Positions 20,273-28,425 of a stretch of 64,000 nucleotides of DNA are shown here, piece by piece; the first letter of the stretch is position 1; each line of letters starts with the position of its first letter. The translations under genes and the position numbers were made by a program. The notes under the pieces are model-generated. The model was not told the origin of the DNA, searched no databases, and saw only the letters and a program-made list of their open reading frames with translations. The stretch comes from an uncultured Actinomycetes bacterium (GTDB lineage Bacteria > Actinomycetota > Acidimicrobiia > IMCC26256 > DASPTH01): contig CAVRZT010000002.1 of the NCBI GenBank assembly GCA_963725775.1, positions 89,640 to 153,639 on the forward strand. The letters run 5' to 3'.

Positions 20273-21304
20273 ATGCGAGCAGTTCGAGTCGTGCGACACG
20301 CCGCGCCGTTGGAGGCGCTGGAGCTCCAGGACATCCCGGTGCCCGAGCCCGGACCCGGTGAGGTGCTCGTCACCGTGTCGGCGGCGTCGTTGAACTTCGG
20401 TGACATCGCGCGGTGCCGCGGGACCGTCGCCAGCGTGATGGGCCAGGTGCCGTTCACCATCGGCATGGACGTGTGCGGTGTCGTCGAGCAGGCCGGTCCC
20501 GGCGCCGAGGAGTGGATCGGCCGGCGGGTCGTCGCCAGCACCAACCAGTCGTTCGGCGGCGTCGCCGACTTCGCGCTCGCGACGGTGAACGGGGTGTTCG
20601 ACGCACCGGCCGAGCTCGACGACCTCGAGGCCGCCGCGTTCACGTTGCCGTTCCACACGGGCTACCTCGCGGTGAACATGCGCGCGCGGTTGCAGGCCGG
20701 CGAGACGCTGCTGGTGGTCGGCGGCGCCAGCGCGGTCGGCACCGCGATGATCCAGCTGGGGACCGCGGCCGGTGCGAACGTGATCGCCGTCGCAGGCGGC
20801 GCCGCGAAGGCCCAGGTCTGCAAGGGCCTCGGCGCCGAGCCGATCGACTACCAGGCCGAGGACGTGTTCGACCGGGTGATGGCGCTCACCGACACGCACG
20901 GCGCCGACGTGTGCGTCGACATGGTCGGCGGCGAGGGCACCGAGACCATCTGGACGTGCATGGCCCGCGAGGGTCGGTACGTACCGGTCGGCTTCAACGA
21001 CGATCCTGAGTCGGGGCTCACCGGGCGTCCGCTCCGCAAGGTGTCGATGGGCAACTTCACGATCATGGGCGTGATGATGGGCTACAACGACATGCCGGTG
21101 GAGATGCGACGCTTCGGTCTCAACACGTTCCCGCCGGCCGTCGGCCGCGCGGTACACGCCGCGCTGTGCGAGCTGGTGAGCGCAGGCAAGATCCGCCCGT
21201 ACATCGGCCGCGTGATCAGCATGGACGAGGTCGCGCAGGCGCTCGACGACCACGACCACCGTCGGACGAGTGGTCGCACGGTGGTGAACGTGCGGGCCGG
21301 ATGA
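20273..21304 (+). CDS. MDR family quinone oxidoreductase-type zinc-binding dehydrogenase
   Basis: 343 aa. The motif is VVGGASAVGTAMIQLG. SD is GGAG. Its stop overlaps the sulfotransferase start (ATGA). Confidence 0.87.
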   Translation: MRAVRVVRHAAPLEALELQDIPVPEPGPGEVLVTVSAASLNFGDIARCRGTVASVMGQVPFTIGMDVCGVVEQAGPGAEEWIGRRVVASTNQSFGGVADFALATVNGVFDAPAELDDLEAAAFTLPFHTGYLAVNMRARLQAGETLLVVGGASAVGTAMIQLGTAAGANVIAVAGGAAKAQVCKGLGAEPIDYQAEDVFDRVMALTDTHGADVCVDMVGGEGTETIWTCMAREGRYVPVGFNDDPESGLTGRPLRKVSMGNFTIMGVMMGYNDMPVEMRRFGLNTFPPAVGRAVHAALCELVSAGKIRPYIGRVISMDEVAQALDDHDHRRTSGRTVVNVRAG

Positions 21305-22461
21305 CCGACCTCCAGCCAGAGGCACTCCTGGCCGAGGCGCGCGCGGCGACCGGGCTGGACGACTTCGGACCCGACGACTTCCGCGAGGGGCTCGCCGCCC
21401 TGTGCGAGTCGCTCGAGCGTGACGCGCACCTCAACGACCTGGGCGATGCCGCGTTCCCGGGCATGCTCGTGGGCTCGTTGTCGAACCGGTTGAAGGTGGT
21501 CGACTGGATCGCGACCCACCCCGAAGTGGTCGACGAGCGCATCGAGCGGCCGATCGTCGTGATCGGCATGTTCCGCGCCGGTACGACGCTGCTCAGCCGT
21601 CTGTTCGACCAGGACCCGCGCAACCGCGGCCTGCTGATGTGGGAGGCGGGCGACAGCGTCCCGCCACCCACGCCCGCCACGCACCGCGCCGGGCCGCGCG
21701 TCGACGCGGTGCACGCCAGCAACGCGATGCTGGCGCAGATCAACCCGAAGATCGAGGTGGTGCACCACGAACAGGCCGACGAGGCGACCGAGTGCATCAC
21801 CGCGATGGCGCAGGACTTCAAGAGCCTGACCTACGAGGCGGTCGCCAACGTGCCCGGCTACGACCGGTGGCTCATGGAGGTCGACCAGCGATCCGCGTAC
21901 GAGTACCACAAGTCGGTGCTGCAGATCCTGCAGAGTGGGGGGGTGCGCGGTCGGTGGACGCTGAAGAGCCCGCACCACGCGATCGCGCTGGAGCATCTCA
22001 CGGCGGTCTATCCCGACGCGCACCTCGTGTTGTTGCACCGCGATCCGGTGGTGCTCACCGCGTCGGTGTGCAGCCTCATCAGCACGCTGTCGTCGACGTT
22101 CACCGACTTCGACCATCGTGCGTACATCGCCGACCACTGGCCGGCCATGCTCGAGGAGTCGATCCGTCGCGTGGACACGTTCCGCGACGCGCACCCGGAC
22201 CGCACCATTGTCGACGTCCAGTACGCGGATCTCGTGACCGACCCGACCGGCACGGTGGCGTCGATCTACGCGGCGTGCGGTGACGAGCTCGATGCGGTGG
22301 GGATCCGGGCGATCGCCGACTACGTCGACGCGCACCCGAAGGGCCAGTTCGGTGCACACACCTACGACGTCGCCGAGTTCGGTCTCGACGCCGACGAGCT
22401 GGGCGAGCGCTTCGCCGGCTACCTCGAGCGGTACGACGTCAGGCGGGAAGCCGCCCGCTGA
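21301..22461 (+). CDS. sulfotransferase family protein
   Basis: 386 aa from ATG 21301 (MTDLQPEALL..). It has the 5'-PSB-like GMFRAGTT and the 3'-PB-like LHRDPVVL. Confidence 0.85.
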   Translation: MTDLQPEALLAEARAATGLDDFGPDDFREGLAALCESLERDAHLNDLGDAAFPGMLVGSLSNRLKVVDWIATHPEVVDERIERPIVVIGMFRAGTTLLSRLFDQDPRNRGLLMWEAGDSVPPPTPATHRAGPRVDAVHASNAMLAQINPKIEVVHHEQADEATECITAMAQDFKSLTYEAVANVPGYDRWLMEVDQRSAYEYHKSVLQILQSGGVRGRWTLKSPHHAIALEHLTAVYPDAHLVLLHRDPVVLTASVCSLISTLSSTFTDFDHRAYIADHWPAMLEESIRRVDTFRDAHPDRTIVDVQYADLVTDPTGTVASIYAACGDELDAVGIRAIADYVDAHPKGQFGAHTYDVAEFGLDADELGERFAGYLERYDVRREAAR

Positions 22462-22475
22462 GTTACGTTGCCCGG

Positions 22476-23214
22476 ATGGTGGCGGAAACCGGTGGGGCAG
22501 CGGTGGTCGTGGGGGGCGCGTCGGGGATCGGCGCCGCGGTCGCTGAGCGGTACCGCCGCGCCGGTCGTGAGGTCGTCGTCTGGGACGTGAAGGGCGACGC
22601 CGACGTCATGTGCGACGTCACCGACGAAGCCCAGGTCGACGCGGCAGCGGGCGGCGACGCTCGGTCGGCTCGGGGCCGCGCCGACCGAGCTCACGGTCAC
22701 CGCGGGGATCGGTCACTCGGGGCTCCTCACCGAGCTCGACCGGGTGGAGTGGGACCGGGTGATGGCGGTCAACGTCACCGGACCGTGGCTGGTGATGCGG
22801 TCGTGGGCACGCCACTACGCCGAGCACGGGCTCGGGGCCTCGATCGTCGCCATCTCGAGCGTGAGCGCGCGGCTCGTCGACCGGAGCATGGGCGCCTACT
22901 GCACCTCGAAGGCGGCGCTGAGCATGACCGTGCGCATCGCCGCCGCCGAGTGGGCGCCCGCGATCCGGGTCAACACGGTGGCCCCCGGTGTCACGGCCAC
23001 GCCGATGCTCGGTGGGGCGCCGGTCGACTCCGGCTGGCTGAAGGACGTCGCGCACCGCACGTCGCTCGGCCGACTGGGCACCGCCGACGACATCGCCGAC
23101 GCGGTGCTCGCGTTGCATGCGCTCCCGTGGGTCACCGGTCAGGTGCTCGAGGCCGACGGCGGCCTCGCCCTCCACAGCCCGATCAACGCCTGGGACGCCG
23201 CCCACGGCACCTGA
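22476..23214 (+). pseudogene. SDR family oxidoreductase, one frame switch
   Basis: MVAETGGAAVVVGGASGIGAA..DEAQVDAAA joins ..AATLGRLGAAPTELTVTAGIGHSG..YCTSKAA.. after a switch near 22650. Confidence 0.8.
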
Positions 23215-23256
23215 CTCGCCGCCTGTGGACAGGCCCCGCGGGACCGCGTGGTTGCG

Positions 23257-24967
23257 TCGACGCGTTGCGCCACGTACAACGCGGCCGGGGCGTTCGCCGG
23301 TGAGCTCGTCGTCCTCGAGGGTCACGACCCCGCGTTTGACGGTTGCGACGTATCCGTCGGCGCGCTGCACCAGCCGGCGGGCGCCACCGGGGAGGTCGTG
23401 GACGACTTCGGGTCGGCGCACCGCGAGCCGGTCGAAGTCGACGACGTTGAGGTCGGCGAGCATCCCCGGCGCGATGACGCCGCGGTCGTGCAACCCGTAG
23501 ATCCGCGCCGTTTCGGACGTCTGACGCCGGACCACGAATTCGAGGGGGAGCTGTTCGCCGCGTGAGCGATCGCGGGCCCAGTGGGAGAGCATGGTCGTCG
23601 GCATGCTGGCGTCGCAGATGGTGGCAACGTGCGCGCCACCATCGGCGAGCCCGAGGACGGTCGCCGGGTGCAGGAGCATCTCCCGCACGCGTCGCCGTCG
23701 CCGTACCGCGTAGTTGCTCACGTGCAACATGAACAGCACGCCGGGATCGGCGATCGTCGCGTCGATGACGTACTCGGTGGGGGTGGTGCCCACGCGCTCG
23801 GCCAGTCCTGCGATCGAGAGCTCGTAGGGCGGCTCGTAGTCGATCGGATCGGTGAACGCGAACATGCGGTCCCACCGGAACGCACCCATCGGGTCAGGGC
23901 CGGGCGTCTCGGCCATGATCGCGGCGCGTACCGAGGGATCGCGCAGCCGGGCCACCTTCTCGTTGCGGGTGAGACCGGCCAGGGCCGCGAACGATGGGCA
24001 CCGGTCGAGCGGGTGGTAGGTGGTGTCGAGACCGAACAGAGCGCCGCCGGGGCGACCCGAGATCTGCACGAACAGCGGCGCACCGTCGGCCTGCCGCGAG
24101 CGGCGGTGTCCAACACTCCGCGCCAGTCGTCGGGTCGAGCGTTGTTCTGGGTGACCAGCATGCACACCGGGCGTTGGATCCCGCGGCCAGCCGCTGCATC
24201 CAGTCGAGCTCGCCGGGCAAAGTGTCGAGCTGCTCGCCGAGGACGCCCGACGGCACCACCTCGAACAGCCCCGCGTCGAGCTCGCCGAGCGCGTCACCCA
24301 ACGCGAACAGCTCGTCCTCACCGGCATAGGTGCCGGCGATGGGGGTGCGGTCGGGTCCGGTGTAGTGGAGGATCGTCCGCGACGTCGAGAACCCGAGCGC
24401 GCCGGCGCGGATGGCGTCGCGCACGATCGCGGCCATGGCCACGATGTCGTCAGGTGTCGCCGGTTCGTTGGCCGCACCACGCTCGCCCATCACGTAGCCG
24501 CGTACCGCGGCGTGCGGTACCTGCGTCCCGACGTCCATCGCGCGGGGGATACGGTCGAGCACGTCGAGGAACTCGGGGAACGTCTCCCACGACCAGTCGA
24601 TGCCGCTGCGCAGCGCCGACGACGGGATGTCCTCGACGCTCTCCATCATCTCGATGAGCCAGTCGCGGCACTCCGGCGCGCACGGCGCGAAGCCGACGGA
24701 GCAGTTGCCCATCACGACGGTGGTGACACCGTGCCAGCACGACGGTGAGAGGTCGCCGTCCCAGAACGCCTGGCCGTCGTAGTGCGTGTGGATGTCGACG
24801 ACGCCGGGGGTGACGAGCCGGCCGTCGGCGTCGATGGTGCGGCAGGCGGGTCCCTCGACCTTCCCCACCTCGGTGATGCGGCCGTCGGAGATGGCGACGT
24901 CGCCGTCGGTCGCCGGTGCACCGGTGCCGTCGACGAGGTGCCCGTTCGTGATCAGCAGGTCGTGCAT
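23257..24967 (-). pseudogene. D-aminoacylase-type amidohydrolase (N-acyl-D-amino-acid deacylase family), two frame switches and no stop codon
   Basis: The N-terminus is [26 protein letters not shown]... Switches lie near 24180 (..DWMQRLAAG|IQRPVCMLVTQNN..) and 24100 (..VLDTAAR|RQADGAPLFVQISGRPGG..). After ..GRVVRGA the frame stays open down to 22618, antisense to the SDR gene. The 3' end is set by alignment to the paralogue at 51237-52970. Confidence 0.75.
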
Positions 24968-24997
24968 CTCCCGACGATAGACCCGGAGTCGCCGCGG

Positions 24998-26223
24998 TCA
25001 GCGGGTGAGGACGAGGGGCTGGTGCCGGATGCCGGTGTGCCGGTTGCTGCGGGTCCACTCGATCGGACCGGCCGCCTCGATGCCTCGGAACCGCCGGAGC
25101 AGCTCGTCGTACATCACCCGCATCTCGAGCCGGGCGAGGTTGGCGCCGAGGCAGAAGTGGAGGCCGTGGCCGAAGCCGAGGTGGAGGTTCGGGTCGCGCG
25201 TGATGTCGAACGTCATCGCGTGCTCGAACGCGAGCTCGTCGCGGTTCGCCGAGCCCTCCCACACGACGACCTTGTCGCCGGGCGCGATGGTGTGGCCGCC
25301 GAGCTCGGTGCTCACCGTCGCGGTGCGGCGCTTCGACGGCGACGGCGTGGTCCAGCGGAGGATCTCCTCGATCGCGCCGGGCATCCGCGCCGGGTCGTCG
25401 CGCAGCGCGCGCGAGCTGCTCGGGATGATCGATCAGCGCGCGCGAGGCCGCCGGCGATCGCGTTGCGCGTCGTCTCGCTGCCGGCCGAGAACAGCAGGCT
25501 GAAGAACATGTAGAGCTCGTCGTCGGTGAGCCGCGGCGGTTCGACGTCGTCGAGCGCGCGCGTGCACCACGACCGACAGCATGTCGTCGCCGGGGGTGGC
25601 GCGCTTCTCGGCGATGAGCGCGCGGCCGTACGCGAGCATGTCGAAGCGTCGACGGCTCGCGCTCGGTGCCGTTGCCGGTCGCGGAAGTCGAAGCCGGGTT
25701 CGATGGCGGCGAAGAGATCGTGGCGGTCCGACCTCGGGCACACCGAGCAGGATGCAGATCGTCTGCATCGGCAGCTCGGCGGCGACGTCGACGAGGAAGT
25801 CGATCGGCTCGGCGTCGGGCACCGCGTCGAGCAGCGCGCGCGGCCCGGCGCCGGAGCTCGTCTTCCAGGTCGCGCACCGTCATCGGGGTGAGCCCCTTGC
25901 TCACGAGGCGCCGGATCCGCGCGTGGCGCGGGTCGTCCATCATGTTGAGCACGATGCCCGACACCGGGCAGGTCCTGGATCAGCGTGCCGCCGTACGGGC
26001 GGTCGCCGCCGCGTCTCCGACGAGTACGTCCAGCGGGTCGCTGCAGCACCTCGAGGGTCTCGGCGTACGTGGCGACCGACCAGAAGCCCTCGCCGTCGGG
26101 GGTGTGGTCGGTCGGTTCGTGCCACCACACCGGCGCTTCGCGCCGGTGCCGCTCGAAGAGGTGGTGCGGGAAGCCGTCCGCGAAGTTGTCGAGATCGGTG
26201 AGGTCGACGTCCTCCATGGCCAT
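24998..26223 (-). pseudogene. cytochrome P450 (CYP125/142-like N-terminus), about 10 frame switches
   Basis: Family-typical segments alternate between all three frames: MAMEDVDLTDLDNFADGFPHHLFERHRREAPVWW.. / WTYSSE / [16 protein letters not shown] / [24 protein letters not shown].. / [30 protein letters not shown] / [17 protein letters not shown] / ATGNGTERE / [17 protein letters not shown].. / [37 protein letters not shown] / [10 protein letters not shown]. The last 128 aa are intact and carry the heme loop [14 protein letters not shown]. Confidence 0.8.
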
Positions 26224-26293
26224 CAGGCGAGCCTACGGTCACCCGTCGCCGGCGTCACGAAACCGAAAACGCCGTTCGCATATCGTGGAGGGG

Positions 26294-26938
26294 ATGAGCA
26301 GCGAGGCACCGAGCCCGGCGGGCACCCGCACCCGGAAGGTGTCGCCCGCCCGCATGGAGAAGTACCGCGCCGAGCGCGATGCCATCATGCGCGCCGCGTA
26401 CGACCTCATCCAGCGCAACGGCTCCAAGGAGACATCCGTCCACGACGTGCTCCGCGAGACCGGCTACTCGACCCGTGCGTTCTACCGGCACTTCCGGTCG
26501 AAGGACGAGCTGGTCATCGAGATGTACCGCGTCGACAGCGACCGGGTGAGCGAAGCGCTGGTCGCGGCGGTCGCGTCGGCGCCGACGCCGCTCGCCGGCC
26601 TCGAGGCCTGGATCGACCAGAACCTCGCGGTGGTGTACGACGCGCGCCGGCTCCGGCACACGGTGGTGCTCTCCTCACCCGAGGTGGCGAGCGCGCAAGG
26701 GTACGCGGACGTGCAGCTGGCCGGGCTCGACGCGCAACGCGCGCCACTGGTCGCGCTGTTGCGCCAGGGGAAGGAGGACGGGGTGTTCCCGTTCGCCGAA
26801 CCGGAAGCCGACGCCGTCGCGATCCAGGCCGTCGTCGGCGCGCACATGCGCACCCGGTTGCAGCACGCCGCCGGCCTTACCCGGGCCGAGGCCCGCACCC
26901 ACACGGTGGAGCTGTTCCGCCGCGCCCTCGGGGCTTGA
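26294..26938 (+). CDS. TetR/AcrR family transcriptional regulator
   Basis: 214 aa from ATG 26294, preceded by GGAGGGG. The HTH region is KETSVHDVLRETGYSTRAFYRHFRSKDEL. It is divergent from the broken P450. Confidence 0.85.
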   Translation: MSSEAPSPAGTRTRKVSPARMEKYRAERDAIMRAAYDLIQRNGSKETSVHDVLRETGYSTRAFYRHFRSKDELVIEMYRVDSDRVSEALVAAVASAPTPLAGLEAWIDQNLAVVYDARRLRHTVVLSSPEVASAQGYADVQLAGLDAQRAPLVALLRQGKEDGVFPFAEPEADAVAIQAVVGAHMRTRLQHAAGLTRAEARTHTVELFRRALGA

Positions 26939-26951
26939 CCACGCGAGCGGA

Positions 26952-27821
26952 TCAGCGCCCGGCACGGACCTCGACGACGCCGTCGACCACGCGACAGTCG
27001 TACGCCGGGAGCACGGTGACCGACGGGCCGCGCAGGAGTGCACCGTCGGGCACGTGGAACTGGCTGCCGTGCCACGGGCACGTCAGGACGTCGCCGTCGA
27101 GCGCGCCGTCGGCCATCGGCGCGCCGCGATGCGGGCAGTCCGCGTCGAGCGCGACGACCCGGCCCGCGTGCCGGAACACGATGACGGGCGCGTCGCCGGC
27201 CATGACGCAGGTGGGCTGCTCGGTGATCTCCGGGTCGGCGGCGACGCGCGTCCAGTCGGCGGGCGGAGCACGGAACGCGGTGCGGTCGACGCCGACGCCC
27301 AAGGTCTGCAGGAGGTGCCCGCCGAGGAAGCCGCCGACGGTCGCGGCGGTGGCGCCGGCGAGGCCGAGCGCGACGCCGTGCCAGTGCCGACCGCGCCGGC
27401 GTTGGACCCACGACGCGGCGTAGCACACGAGTGCGGTGGTGTTCGCCGCCGCGTGCACCAGGCCCACACGGCACGCCGCACCACCGGTGTCGGACCAGTC
27501 GGACGCGCCGCTGACCGCGGTGGGGATGGCGGTCACGACCCCCCATGCCACGAGGTGCGTGGCCGCCCGCCGGGAGTGCCGTCCTCCGAGCAGGTCGAGG
27601 GTGAAGGCCGACGTCCAGAACCCGATCGGCAGGTCGGTGAGCAGCGGGTGCAGCGGATGCCCGAGCCAGGTGCCGGACAACGCGTCCTTCACCGTCCCGG
27701 TGCCGACCACGTGGGCCACCCGTTCGCTCGCGGGACCGGCGAGCGCGTCGAGCGTGTGCTCACGACCTACTCGCTCGACCAGACGGGACAGGCGTTCGCC
27801 GCCCGCAGCCATGCCACTCAT
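26952..27821 (-). CDS. DUF2231-type membrane domain fused to a Rieske [2Fe-2S] domain
   Basis: 289 aa. The N-terminal part has TM helices (HPLHPLLTDLPIGFW..). The C-terminal part has the Rieske ligands CPHRG ... CPWHGSQF. Confidence 0.82.
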   Translation of the reverse strand: MSGMAAGGERLSRLVERVGREHTLDALAGPASERVAHVVGTGTVKDALSGTWLGHPLHPLLTDLPIGFWTSAFTLDLLGGRHSRRAATHLVAWGVVTAIPTAVSGASDWSDTGGAACRVGLVHAAANTTALVCYAASWVQRRRGRHWHGVALGLAGATAATVGGFLGGHLLQTLGVGVDRTAFRAPPADWTRVAADPEITEQPTCVMAGDAPVIVFRHAGRVVALDADCPHRGAPMADGALDGDVLTCPWHGSQFHVPDGALLRGPSVTVLPAYDCRVVDGVVEVRAGR

Positions 27822-27956
27822 GCCGAGGCCACTACCCGACCGAGCCTACCGGGGAAACGTCAGCCGGCTTGCCGCAGTCCGGCCGTTGCTTTGGGTCATT
27901 GCGCCGCGAGCGAGCGTCCGGGGCTCGTGCGCCAGCTCGGCAACACGGCTCGCGAC

Positions 27957-28238
27957 TCACATCCCGGTGGCCTCCGCAACCACCGTGCTGTCGACCGAGA
28001 TCGTGAACGCGCACGGCCCCGCTTTGAACCTCGGCTTGACCTTCACCAGCTCGACAACGTGTTCAACATCTCCGCCATGCCATACCTGGATGGTTCGGAC
28101 GGCCCGGTAGTGCGTGGAGAGCCAAAGTGGGCTCTCGAGCAGGATGGCGTCGTCGCCGACGCGCAGCTCAACCCTTCCCGTGGCGCTGCTCCACCAGAAC
28201 TCGGCAGGAGTGCCGGCGACGTCGAACTCGATTCTCAT
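27957..28238 (-). CDS. hypothetical 93-aa protein (orphan, lower G+C)
   Basis: Clean ORF MRIEFDVAGTPAEFWWSS..., with a G-rich SD upstream. My hand count gives about 63-64% G+C, against about 70-73% in neighbouring genes. No family is recognised. Confidence 0.5.
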   Translation of the reverse strand: MRIEFDVAGTPAEFWWSSATGRVELRVGDDAILLESPLWLSTHYRAVRTIQVWHGGDVEHVVELVKVKPRFKAGPCAFTISVDSTVVAEATGM

Positions 28239-28425
28239 AGGTCGCCCCCCTCTCGCCGTGGGTCGCCTCCCAAGCGTCGCGCCACGGTCAACCCGTCATC
28301 GCCGAGCCGCTCAGATTCCCGATCTGCTTGCGGTCCCGCTTGCTCACGGCAGCGTGGTTGCACCCGGACCCGGCCGTCGGCAGAATCCGCGGGCCTACGC
28401 CGCTCCGATCCAAGGACGTCCACCG

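Noticed and set aside
26224-26293. An operator palindrome for the TetR regulator in the P450/TetR divergent region.
   Set aside because: Only weak 4-nt arms (CGAA...TTCG) could be found. Nothing is comparable to the 18-bp palindrome at 42858-42875.
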